From a candidate division WOR-3 bacterium (GTDB lineage: Bacteria > Hydrothermota > Tepidihabitantia > SM23-42), in NCBI GenBank assembly GCA_011052815.1, contig DRIG01000023.1, positions 466-64,465 on the forward strand: DNA of 64,000 bases. The letters are read 5' to 3'. Positions 50,916 to 60,213 of the stretch are shown piece after piece (position 1 is the first letter of the stretch; the number at the start of each line of letters is the position of its first letter). The position numbers were made by a program, and so were the translations under genes. Under the pieces are notes generated by a model that did no database searches, had not been told where the DNA came from, and saw only the letters and a list, made by a program, of their open reading frames with translations.

Positions 50916-50945
50916 AAAAAAAGCGGGCAGTGCCCGCTTTTTTTT
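50916..50945. terminator. Bidirectional intrinsic terminator
   Basis: AAAAAAAGCGGGC-AGT-GCCCGCTTTTTTTT between convergent genes. Confidence 0.9.
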
Positions 50946-50949
50946 ATTA

Positions 50950-51034
50950 CGGAGAGAGAGGGATTTGAACCCCCGATCCCTTGCGGGATACGCGATTTCG
51001 AGTCGCGCGCCTTCGTCCACTCGGCCATCTCTCC
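50950..51034 (-). tRNA. tRNA-Ser (CGA)
   Basis: GGAGAGATGGCCGAGTGG...CT CGA AA, long variable arm, GGTTCAAATCC. Confidence 0.96.
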
Positions 51035-51054
51035 TGGTTGTTTTAAATCACATC

Positions 51055-51513
51055 TCAAAGCTGTTCTTTACGTCTTTTTTGAAAAAACTCTCTGATCAAA
51101 GCCGCGGCTTGTCTCTGTAGAACCCCCTCGACAATTTCTATCCGGTGATTAAGTCTCTTTTCCTGCACAACATTAAAAATTGAACCACAACCACCGAATT
51201 TTTCATCCCGTGCGCCGAATACTATCCGTCTTACCCGCGCCAGGACCAGGGCACCGGCACACATAATACACGGCTCGATCGTGGCATAGATATCGACCTC
51301 CTGCAATCTCCAGGAATTCAATGAATTCGCCGCCGCAGTGATCGCTATCATCTCAGCATGGGCAGTAGGATCCTGCAACCTTTCCGTCTGATTATGTCCC
51401 CTGCCAATGATTTGATTTTTGAACACGGCAACCGCACCGATCGGCACTTCCTTTTCATTAAACGCCCTTTCTGCTTCCTTGAGTGCCTCTTTCATAAAAA
51501 ATTCATAAGTCAT
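51055..51513 (-). CDS. tadA: tRNA adenosine(34) deaminase
   Basis: EVPIGA, HAE, EPCIMC. Confidence 0.95.
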   Translation of the reverse strand: MTYEFFMKEALKEAERAFNEKEVPIGAVAVFKNQIIGRGHNQTERLQDPTAHAEMIAITAAANSLNSWRLQEVDIYATIEPCIMCAGALVLARVRRIVFGARDEKFGGCGSIFNVVQEKRLNHRIEIVEGVLQRQAAALIREFFQKRRKEQL

Positions 51514-51555
51514 GGTCTTTCCGCTGCAAACAATCTGCTGTCTTTTGACGACATA

Positions 51556-51629
51556 TACGCCCGAGGCGATTTGAACGCCTAACCTGCGGATCCGTAGTCC
51601 GCCGCTCTATCCAGTTGAGCTACGGGCGC
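51556..51629 (-). tRNA. tRNA-Arg (ACG)
   Basis: GCGCCCGTAGCTCAACTGGATAGAGC...CT ACG GA...GTTCAAATC; TadA substrate located next to tadA. Confidence 0.96.
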
Positions 51630-51636
51630 AATATGG

Positions 51637-51886
51637 GGGATTCTCCCCCCTATTCTCCACTCTGTTTTTGTAAACAACCACAAAAACATTCGTGGAGACC
51701 TCACACCCCCCTACCACCTGCAGTCTCTGATCTTTTTATCTTATCTGAGACCGCCGTGGTCGATACCTTGAGCAGACGCCGTTTCATTACGCTAACAGAT
51801 TCATAAAGGAGGGATTCTCCCCCCTATTCTCCACTCTGTTTTTGTAAACAACCACAAAAACATTCGTGGAGACCTCATACCCCCCT
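51637..51886. repeat. 76-bp direct repeat (2 copies, period 174)
   Basis: 51637-51712 and 51811-51886 differ at one position; each folds into a CTCCAC/GTGGAG + TGTTTTTGT/ACAAAAACA hairpin. Confidence 0.9.
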
Positions 51887-51947
51887 TTTTTGATTTTGTT
51901 TTATTATATTAGTTTTTTTATTATTGTCAATAAACTTACCAGGTTGA

Positions 51948-53660
51948 TCACTGCTCATAGCGATAAGGTAGATATTCCGGATTCCATATTGCGTGGCTTA
52001 TCAATTCCCGGAGTTTATCATCCGCCAAATGAATTCCTAAACCGGCATCACGTGCTTCCTTAGCAACTGCAAATGCCACTTCTTCAGAAACTTTTCGGAT
52101 ATCACTTATCTCAGGCAGAAGATTTCCTTTTGCTGCAGCTGAATGAGGAATAAGATCCTGCAGTGCCTTAGCCGCCGCATAGAACATCGCATCAGTAACT
52201 TTTGATGTCATAGAAACAATCGCTCCAAGCCCGACCCCCGGGAAAATATACATATTATTACACTGCGTGATTTTCCTGGTTTCGCCATTAACCACTACAG
52301 CGTCAAAAGGACTGCCGGTTGCAATTAAACAAGAACCATTGGTGGCGGTAAAGGCTTGCTCAGGTGTACACTCACATTTTTTATTCGGATTAGACAGGGC
52401 GAAAATCACCGGTTGAGCTGTATTCTCAGCCATCTGAGCAAGTACCTCGGCGGTAAAACTGTTCGGCATACCGGATGTCCCGATTAACACGGTCGCCTTG
52501 CTGTTCAGAACCGTGTCATATAAATCAATCTTATCAGGATTACGGAGTTTCCAGGAGCCGGTATCTGCACGCGAGCGGGCAAAAGGCGCCTGATATTCGT
52601 GAGGATTGGTGTCATCAAAAACAAGCCCATTGTGACCCAATGGATAGATGCGTTCTTTTGCTTCTTTTTCTGTCAGCCCTTCATCAATCATTGCATGGGT
52701 TAAAATGTTCGCGATACCATAACCGGCTTGACCGAATCCGAAGAAAACATAAATTTGGTCTTTCAACTTCTCTCCTTTGCCGTAAATAGCTGAGAGCAGA
52801 GCAGCAAGCGTCACTGCACCGGTACCCTGAATATCATCATTAAAAGAACATATGCGTTCACGATAGCGATTAAGAATGCGCAGTGCATGCTGTTTTCCAA
52901 AATCTTCCCATTGCACAAGGGCATGAGGAAAAACTCTTTTCACACTCTGCACAAAATGTTCAATCACTGAATAATATTCATCTCCAGTGAGCCGTTCATG
53001 TCTGAGGCCGAGATAAAGAGGATCATTAAGTAAATCCTTATTGTTTGTTCCCACATCAAGCAGTATCGGCAGACACAAAGCCGGATGTAACCCTGCTCCG
53101 ACTACATACAAACTCGTCTTGCCGACCGGTATTGCCATACCACCGACTCCCTGATCACCCAGGCCTAAAATCCGCTCACCGTCAGTGACGACGATTAAAT
53201 TAACATTGGAAAAAGGCGCATTGGCGAGAATCGAATCAATCATTGTGATTTGATCAGCCGCAATATACAAACCGCGTGGTCGGCGGAACATATGACTGAA
53301 GGTCTTCGCCGCCTCACCAACCGTCGGTGTATATACTATCGGTAACATTTCTTCAGCATTATCCAGGACAAGTCGATAAAAAAGTGTCTCATTACGATCC
53401 AGCAACCCAAGCAGAAAAATGAATTTTTCGATCGGACTCGTCTTCTTTGAATAATTTTCATATACCCTTTTCACCTGTTCATCCATTGTCGAACTGTGAC
53501 GCGGTAAAACCCCATGTAAATCAAGTTGTTCACGCTCCTGCTCAGTAAATGCTGAACCTTTATTATAAATTGGATGTTCCACCAGCAGCCTTCCTTTAAA
53601 AGGAACCCTGATGTATTTCTCACCATTCATCGGGTCAACCTGTATTGCAAAGTCTCTCAT
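51948..53660 (-). CDS. maeA: NAD-dependent malic enzyme
   Basis: YTPTVG, VTDGERILGLGD, QWEDF, FNDDIQGT, LSNP, QCNN. Confidence 0.95.
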   Translation of the reverse strand: MRDFAIQVDPMNGEKYIRVPFKGRLLVEHPIYNKGSAFTEQEREQLDLHGVLPRHSSTMDEQVKRVYENYSKKTSPIEKFIFLLGLLDRNETLFYRLVLDNAEEMLPIVYTPTVGEAAKTFSHMFRRPRGLYIAADQITMIDSILANAPFSNVNLIVVTDGERILGLGDQGVGGMAIPVGKTSLYVVGAGLHPALCLPILLDVGTNNKDLLNDPLYLGLRHERLTGDEYYSVIEHFVQSVKRVFPHALVQWEDFGKQHALRILNRYRERICSFNDDIQGTGAVTLAALLSAIYGKGEKLKDQIYVFFGFGQAGYGIANILTHAMIDEGLTEKEAKERIYPLGHNGLVFDDTNPHEYQAPFARSRADTGSWKLRNPDKIDLYDTVLNSKATVLIGTSGMPNSFTAEVLAQMAENTAQPVIFALSNPNKKCECTPEQAFTATNGSCLIATGSPFDAVVVNGETRKITQCNNMYIFPGVGLGAIVSMTSKVTDAMFYAAAKALQDLIPHSAAAKGNLLPEISDIRKVSEEVAFAVAKEARDAGLGIHLADDKLRELISHAIWNPEYLPYRYEQ

Positions 53661-53878
53661 ATTACCTCCAATTTCAGAATTCCAAAATATAAGATATGCT
53701 TCATGGCTATGTTTTTCAGAACCCTACATCTTCTTCAGTATATACCATTCAAACAAAAAGTCAAATGTTTTAAATGTAAATCTAAAAAACTACACCTTTT
53801 ATAATTCTTTCAAGATAATTTTGTATTCAAGAAAAAAACATTAATTCAATAATTTGAAGATTAGAGATTTGCCCCTAA

Positions 53879-56581
53879 CTAGTTCTTTCTCCTGAAAAGA
53901 CTGATGATGCCGGGAATGAAAAGAACGGTCATCACAAAGCATGCTGCAACCCCCACGGTCAGTAAAGTGCCCAAACTGCGATATGCTGGATAACTGCTAA
54001 ATGAAAGCGCCCCGAACCCGGCCATTGTAGTCAGAGATGTCAGAAGAATTGCCTTGCCCGTACTGCGCAGCACATCCGATGTTTTATCAAAACCTTCGTA
54101 TTTATAGCGATGAATGACATGCACACCATCATCAATACCAATCCCGACGATCATTGGTATTCCCATCACATTGATAAAGTCAAGAAGCATACCAAATGAT
54201 TTCATAATGCCCATCATCACAATACCTCCGCTGATAAGCGGTAGCATCCCCAGCAGGGCAAGACGCAGACTGCGAAAATCAATCCACAAGAGGAGCAAGA
54301 CAACGATAAGCGTCAAAATTGTTGCCCATAATCCATCTTTCCCAATCAGATTAATAAGATGTAAAAACATTGGAGGTGTGCCGGTTACCCGGGGGCTGAC
54401 CAGTTGCAGTTGTTTGGTAAACCGATCAAGCACAGCAAAATCCCACATCTGTTTGCGTGCATAGATTGTTACAAGAAAGTTATCACCACGTTCATTAACA
54501 TACCGATCTTTTATGTGCTGAGGCAGAACATCAAGGGTAATGAGTTCAGGATTTGCCATATCAAATAATTTCTTTTTTAAAACCGGATAATAATACTTCT
54601 GAAATTTATTGAGCTGACGCACTGCCAGTACTGGCTTATCCTGAATTGCTTCAATCAGTTCCATAATAAGACCCTGAACATCTTCCTGTTCTGGGTCTCC
54701 GATAATGAGTTTACATTTCTCATCAATCTTATCCTGACCTCCGATATATGCCAGCTGAGCAAGCTCGTAGATATTCAGATCAAGCCGCTTTAGCTGGGCA
54801 ATTAATTTTTTAAGTGAATTTACTTCTAAAAGGGCTATTTTCTTATTCTTTCCAATTTTTTCTCTTAGGGCTTTAACATAGGGCTGGCGCAACCTCTGCA
54901 CTGATTCAGGCGGACAGACATCACCGATTCCCTCAACAATACTTAATGCCGGCAAGGCCTTTGCTTTTTGTTCCAGTTTCCAGGATTCTTCAATTGAAGA
55001 AGCAGTAACCATGGCAAAATCAGGGCTCATTTCAAATGCCTTTATAATTGTATCCTGAAGATGGATTACTGGAATATCCGGCTCTAAACTCATCATATTA
55101 TAATTGAATTTTAGATTGAATGCTTGATATAACAGAATACCAGTAATAACCACCCCGCCTATTATGTAAAGCGCTCTATGCTTTACAACATTTTGACCGA
55201 CATTACCAAGAAAATGAAATTCAGAAACCTTTGGTTTTACCATCTCCTTTTTAACGCGGAAGATCCAGCGTTCCCGCACAACCAGGATCGCAGGCAGTGC
55301 GGCAAGCGAAGTAATCATTGCACTACAGATCCCAATACCGAGCACAATCCCCATCTCTTTAATACCACGGGTCGACGAGATTGCCAGGGCAAAAAATGCC
55401 GCCGCCGTAGTCAGGGCACCAGTAATTATACCGGAACCCGAACGGGCAAAAGTTTCTTCCATTGCCTGTCTCTGATCAGAATCGATATTACGGCGCTCAT
55501 TATAAACTGAAATCAGGTGAATCGCATAATCAATACCAAGGCCAATAAGTATCACAGCGAATATCGAAGTCATCATATTAAGCCGACCAATTGTAATAGC
55601 CACAATGCCCGCAGTAATAATTATTGCGATAACAAGATTTAAACCGGCAAGGATCGGTGCACTCCACATCCGAAAGCTAATAATAAAGAGGATTATCACA
55701 AGCAGTAGGGCGATTATTGAACTTAAGAACATCGCCTTTTCCGTATATTCCATTTCATATTTCTGAATTGGAATAATACCAGTGACACCGGCATGAATCC
55801 CGAGATATTTTTTTTGTGTCCTTTCGATAATCTCTTCAATGGCACTGGTTGCCGCAATGTCTTTTTCAATATCGATCGAAGAAAAGGTTGGTTTACAGGA
55901 AAGAAGTAGAGTTTTCTTATTGTAGGAAATAAAATAAAGATCGCCATATAGAAAACGCTCAACCATTGAGTCAATCAGAACATGATTTGCACCTACCGGG
56001 GTATTTATAAATGTATCCATTGTTTTAAGCCAGTGGTATAAGCCATCGAGTGCGCGGGCTGCTTCGTCTTCTTTTGTCCGCGTATCCAGTGCCTGATCAT
56101 TGCCAACATATTCTTTTTCAAAATTATTATTAATGTTATCAAGCAAAGGTACTAAATTCAAATCATTGAACATATCAGTTGTATTTCTGAGATCTTCAAT
56201 GTCAGTAAGCATAAAACCGTGCCGACCAAAAAATTCCTTATCGAGTTTATAGTCAACCCGTTCAATATACGCCTCTAATTCTTCGATTTCTGGAGCAATT
56301 TCATCAGCAAATTTTTTGATTGCCGCCTCTTCACCTTGAATAACAATAAGTATTGTTGAGGTGCTCTTAAATTCTTTTATGATACGCTCGAACTCCTGAG
56401 CCATAGGATCGCCTGAAGGCAGCATATCTGACCAGCGCATATCCATTCGCAGAGCAGAAGCAAAGATCACTGAAAGGATAATAAGAACAAAAATAACAGC
56501 CAATACCCACCAGGGATGTGTTGCCACAAAACGTGCCCACTGCCGTAATAATCTTTCTTTCATATATTTCTTTCTCCTCAA
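53879..56581 (-). CDS. MMPL/RND-family transporter
   Basis: Two TM halves, GLGIDYAIH and GIGIDDGVH motifs, large periplasmic loops. Confidence 0.92.
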   Translation of the reverse strand: MRRKKYMKERLLRQWARFVATHPWWVLAVIFVLIILSVIFASALRMDMRWSDMLPSGDPMAQEFERIIKEFKSTSTILIVIQGEEAAIKKFADEIAPEIEELEAYIERVDYKLDKEFFGRHGFMLTDIEDLRNTTDMFNDLNLVPLLDNINNNFEKEYVGNDQALDTRTKEDEAARALDGLYHWLKTMDTFINTPVGANHVLIDSMVERFLYGDLYFISYNKKTLLLSCKPTFSSIDIEKDIAATSAIEEIIERTQKKYLGIHAGVTGIIPIQKYEMEYTEKAMFLSSIIALLLVIILFIISFRMWSAPILAGLNLVIAIIITAGIVAITIGRLNMMTSIFAVILIGLGIDYAIHLISVYNERRNIDSDQRQAMEETFARSGSGIITGALTTAAAFFALAISSTRGIKEMGIVLGIGICSAMITSLAALPAILVVRERWIFRVKKEMVKPKVSEFHFLGNVGQNVVKHRALYIIGGVVITGILLYQAFNLKFNYNMMSLEPDIPVIHLQDTIIKAFEMSPDFAMVTASSIEESWKLEQKAKALPALSIVEGIGDVCPPESVQRLRQPYVKALREKIGKNKKIALLEVNSLKKLIAQLKRLDLNIYELAQLAYIGGQDKIDEKCKLIIGDPEQEDVQGLIMELIEAIQDKPVLAVRQLNKFQKYYYPVLKKKLFDMANPELITLDVLPQHIKDRYVNERGDNFLVTIYARKQMWDFAVLDRFTKQLQLVSPRVTGTPPMFLHLINLIGKDGLWATILTLIVVLLLLWIDFRSLRLALLGMLPLISGGIVMMGIMKSFGMLLDFINVMGIPMIVGIGIDDGVHVIHRYKYEGFDKTSDVLRSTGKAILLTSLTTMAGFGALSFSSYPAYRSLGTLLTVGVAACFVMTVLFIPGIISLFRRKN

Positions 56582-56589
56582 TTTATAGT

Positions 56590-57783
56590 TTAGAAGTAAA
56601 CCGTAGCACGCAGCAGACCGCTGTTTCCAAAATTATGATTGAATGCCTTGCCTTCAGCACCAATAAATATATTGAACATCAAAGCGAGATCGATGTTTTC
56701 AAAGAGACTGCTGTTTATCATCGGCACCAATACCACACTCTGATCACTAATACTGAAAATGAACATACTGCCTACAGTGGTTAAATCAGTAATGGGGTAT
56801 TGCGTAAGACCATATAACTGGTCGCGTGAGATTGTTTTGACCTCCCCTGTGATATAACGCATCCAATCATTGAGGTCATAATTATGGTAATCATCTTTTG
56901 CAATCGAGTTGTGATGATACTCGAACATTATATAAAAACCATTCTTAAAGGTGTAATCACCACCTGCCAGACACTCATAAGAATTCTCTCCTTCATCAGC
57001 CATAACATTATAAACACCTTCACCCCACACTCCACAGCCGAGCAGTTCTCCCACAAAATCAGCACCGAGCATGGTTCGTTCTTCCGTAGCAGACTGGAAT
57101 GTATAAAAATCGGTCGTTGTATGCCAGAATCGATATGCAATAGCTGAAATATCAAAATGTCCCAGTCCGAGTTTTACCCGACCGAGTTTACCTGATTGCT
57201 GCCAATCAGCATTGATCGGCGTGTAAAGTGCAGTAATACTGATACGTGGCACCGGGTATATCTCTATTCTGAGCGCATTGTGGCCGGACTGTTCATAGGT
57301 TGGATCGAGCGCATCTTTGATGTTTAATTGATCAGTGGGATTGGCAAAATAACCAGTGCCAAACGAAATCTGCTGTTTACCAATCATAAAAGCAAACTTA
57401 GGAACATTCAGGCGGACATAGGCATTGTCCAGATATATTGTGTCATTGAAATAACTCTCATAATAGGGCTGCATCTCAGGCGGAATTGAATCGGCGATCT
57501 CATCCGGCAAAAAATCTAAAATATTCCAGTGGCGTAGACCAAAGTAATGAAGATAGATGAGGTCTGCTCCAAAACGCACATTTTTGTTTTCGGTATTTTT
57601 TAAATCGATACGTAGTTTTCCATAGCCGGTCTGGTTGTAATCACGGTTCAGTAAATATCCGGCATATTGTGGTTCAAAATAACCGTAAATCTCAACCTGG
57701 CCATATAGCCCGGCTAAAGGCAGGATCAGAACCAAAATGATTATCAATTCAATAATCCAGTTCTTATTACATAGATTCTTCAT
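56590..57783 (-). CDS. Outer membrane beta-barrel protein (porin-like)
   Basis: Signal peptide, GKQQISFG, C-terminal ...ATVYF. Confidence 0.7.
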   Translation of the reverse strand: MKNLCNKNWIIELIIILVLILPLAGLYGQVEIYGYFEPQYAGYLLNRDYNQTGYGKLRIDLKNTENKNVRFGADLIYLHYFGLRHWNILDFLPDEIADSIPPEMQPYYESYFNDTIYLDNAYVRLNVPKFAFMIGKQQISFGTGYFANPTDQLNIKDALDPTYEQSGHNALRIEIYPVPRISITALYTPINADWQQSGKLGRVKLGLGHFDISAIAYRFWHTTTDFYTFQSATEERTMLGADFVGELLGCGVWGEGVYNVMADEGENSYECLAGGDYTFKNGFYIMFEYHHNSIAKDDYHNYDLNDWMRYITGEVKTISRDQLYGLTQYPITDLTTVGSMFIFSISDQSVVLVPMINSSLFENIDLALMFNIFIGAEGKAFNHNFGNSGLLRATVYF

Positions 57784-58556
57784 TGTTTCATTCCTTCCTC
57801 AGTGAATAACGCGTCTGGTAAATCAACATTATAATTAATCTCTATGATTTCCATAGTCGTCTTGGTATCGTCGAGTTTGTTGTACATCGTAAATTTCATC
57901 GGCGTATAGATGCCGTCGATAAGTTCTATGTCCGTGCAGATGAGTTGCTTTTCACGCAGCTCGGGATCATCATCATGGAAATAGTCAATGACAATCGGCA
58001 CAAACGTTTTTTTGTCGACCCAGACAATAATCCGCGAGTAACCGGCGTCACTCTCTGGTTTACGGCTCAATTCCAGTTTATAACATTGACGCCCTTCCTT
58101 TTTCTCGTCCTCCAGACGTACGGATTCGTATTCTTCGACAAAGGTATTGGAACCGCCCATATCCTCATACGAAAAGTCACTGCCTTCAAGTTTTTGCCGG
58201 CGTGCATGACTGGCAAGTTTACGCACATGATTTCTTTTGGGAAAATAGATCCAGATGTCGTCACCGTCATTGAGCATCAGGATAGTCTGTCCCTTGACAC
58301 GGGAAGGCTCAAGGTATTTCATAAGGCTCTTTTTACCTCGACCTTTTGAATAGGTGTGATAGAAAAACGAACGCTCCTCACCTGACGTGGTTGTGATCGT
58401 CATCTTCATCTTTGCTTCTGATTGTTCCGGATTCATCGCCTGCGTCATAGTGTTAATAATCTCACCTGCAGTAATATTGTCCTCTGCCCAAACCAGGTGG
58501 CTGTATATTGCACCTGCCAAAAAAAGTAAGATAAAACCAAGTAAATATTTAAACAT
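57780..58556 (-). CDS. Outer membrane lipoprotein-sorting (LolA-like) protein
   Basis: P..VKGQTIL, IWIYFP...VRK, GSDFSYEDM, LPDALF; start ATG 58556 with SD. Confidence 0.85.
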   Translation of the reverse strand: MFKYLLGFILLFLAGAIYSHLVWAEDNITAGEIINTMTQAMNPEQSEAKMKMTITTTSGEERSFFYHTYSKGRGKKSLMKYLEPSRVKGQTILMLNDGDDIWIYFPKRNHVRKLASHARRQKLEGSDFSYEDMGGSNTFVEEYESVRLEDEKKEGRQCYKLELSRKPESDAGYSRIIVWVDKKTFVPIVIDYFHDDDPELREKQLICTDIELIDGIYTPMKFTMYNKLDDTKTTMEIIEINYNVDLPDALFTEEGMKQ

Positions 58557-58567
58557 ATTTCCTCCTT

Positions 58568-59317
58568 TTACCATAATCGATATCTTCTTTTTGTCTGTTT
58601 ATCATCTGGTTCAGTCCGGGGCTGTAATTTTTCAAAGAAGAACTGCATTATTTCTTCAAACTCGCCCGGCACATATATTTTTATTGAACCCCTGGCTGCA
58701 CCAAGAATGCGTTCAATTAAGTCCTGATACATCTTTATCTTGATACTCGTCTGTGCACATATCTTCTTAATATCAGTCGCACCATTGAGCAAACTTTTGC
58801 AGACAACTTCATTTATATGTCTTCCTAAATTTATTATAATCTCGCCCATATATTCAGGGTACGAGGTATTGAACACACCTTCTTTTATACCCTGCTTAAC
58901 AATCTTTTCAATTATCCCTGAATTTTTTTCAATCGAACGTTCAAACATCCGCGCACGCAGCAAGTAATTCTCTTCCTGGTAAAGGGTCTTTAAGAATATA
59001 AGAAAGAGGTCAATATTTTTTACCTTGTAGCCGGTTCCAGCGCGAAATATTTCATTTATCTTTTCTATTGCACTTTTCTTTGAATCCGCAATCAGCTGCA
59101 ATTGCCGCGACATTTCAGTAACCATCTCCTCAACCAGAGAATCGAGCAATTGCATCTTGGAACTGAAATAATGATAAAAAGTACCCTTTGCAATATCAAG
59201 GGCATCGATTATATCCTGAACAGTGGTGGTCTCATAGCCTTTCTGGAAGAACAATCGTCGGGCAGTATCAATAATCTCCTGCCGGCGAACCCGGTAATCT
59301 TGTCCCTGCTTAACCAT
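58568..59317 (-). CDS. TetR/AcrR transcriptional regulator
   Basis: IIDTARRLFFQKGYETTTVQDI....KGTFYHYF. Confidence 0.95.
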   Translation of the reverse strand: MVKQGQDYRVRRQEIIDTARRLFFQKGYETTTVQDIIDALDIAKGTFYHYFSSKMQLLDSLVEEMVTEMSRQLQLIADSKKSAIEKINEIFRAGTGYKVKNIDLFLIFLKTLYQEENYLLRARMFERSIEKNSGIIEKIVKQGIKEGVFNTSYPEYMGEIIINLGRHINEVVCKSLLNGATDIKKICAQTSIKIKMYQDLIERILGAARGSIKIYVPGEFEEIMQFFFEKLQPRTEPDDKQTKRRYRLW

Positions 59318-59328
59318 AATTCCTCCTT

Positions 59329-59386
59329 TAGACCGACCGTCGGTTTAGGGAATAATATTATAGACCGACCGTCAGTCTATAATATT
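59329..59386. promoter_or_regulatory. Two palindromic TetR-type operators
   Basis: TAGACCGAC-C-GTCGGTTTA (59329-59347) and the 33-bp AATATTATAGACCGAC-C-GTCAGTCTATAATATT (59354-59386), overlapping the -10 of TTGACA-N16-TAGAAT. Confidence 0.85.
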
Positions 59387-59670
59387 CTATCAATTTTTTT
59401 TGATTTGTCAAGCCCTTTTTATCGAAAAACTTCTGACTGCGGGTGTGAAACATTATCTGTAATTCTACCTATGTAATTCTACGTATAATATTCCATTTTT
59501 AAATAATGGGCTGTCGAGTATATTTTAAAGTTCAACAAGCGACTTAAGAACGGAGTCAATAAAGATGAAAGAGAAGCAGAAGCCAAAAGAAAACAGTGTC
59601 CTTCAAAAATCAATTAATTACAGAAAAACGGACAAACAACCATTGTTCGTTGAAAAGGAGGTGAGCCACG

Positions 59671-60213
59671 ATGAAAGGCATAATAAATAAAGGCATTCAG
59701 GAAATGGTCGAGAGTATGTACGGTACAGATGCCTGGAATACAGTGAAAGAAAAAGCCGGGTGTAATGAACCGTTCTTTGCAATCAGCCTTGATTACCCCG
59801 ATGAAATGACCATCGCACTTATTAAAGCGGCTGCCGAGGTCTCAGGAAGGGACGAGGAAACAGTAATGGTTGAATACGGAAAGTTTATGGTTCCCAACAC
59901 CCTGAAGAAATATTATCCCACATATTTCAAACTGGCGGGTTCCACGGCCCGGGAATTTCTTCTCAACATGGGAAAAGTTCATGAACAGGCGACGCGCAGC
60001 ATCACCAATGCAAAACCGCCCCATTTTGATTATGAAGAGACGTCCGACGGTAAACTACGGATGTGCTATCATTCAAAACGAAATCTCTGTGCGGTGTTGC
60101 GTGGATTGATTCTCGGAGTAGGCATTCTGTTCAATGAAAAGCTGAAAGTACAGGAGATCGCCTGTGTACACAAAGGTGACCCCAACTGCATTATGGAGGT
60201 AACCTTTTCATGA
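59671..60213 (+). CDS. Heme NO/O2-binding (H-NOX) protein
   Basis: MKGII N-terminus, DYPD, proximal His (VHEQ), P..F, YHSKR (YxSxR), GLILG. Confidence 0.93.
   Translation: MKGIINKGIQEMVESMYGTDAWNTVKEKAGCNEPFFAISLDYPDEMTIALIKAAAEVSGRDEETVMVEYGKFMVPNTLKKYYPTYFKLAGSTAREFLLNMGKVHEQATRSITNAKPPHFDYEETSDGKLRMCYHSKRNLCAVLRGLILGVGILFNEKLKVQEIACVHKGDPNCIMEVTFS

Noticed and set aside
51637-51886. 76-bp repeat as prophage/island att sites, 6S RNA or SRP RNA
   Set aside because: It lies at the tRNA 5' side and shares no sequence with it, there is no integrase, and no SRP or 6S consensus was recognised
1747-58574. Track starts at 1747, 13458, 36834, 39074 (ribH) and 58574
   Set aside because: Downstream starts have better SDs and match the family N-termini
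59490-59670. c-di-GMP riboswitch or small ORF in the H-NOX leader
   Set aside because: No GEMM consensus; the roughly 41-codon ORF has no SD and no recognisable motif
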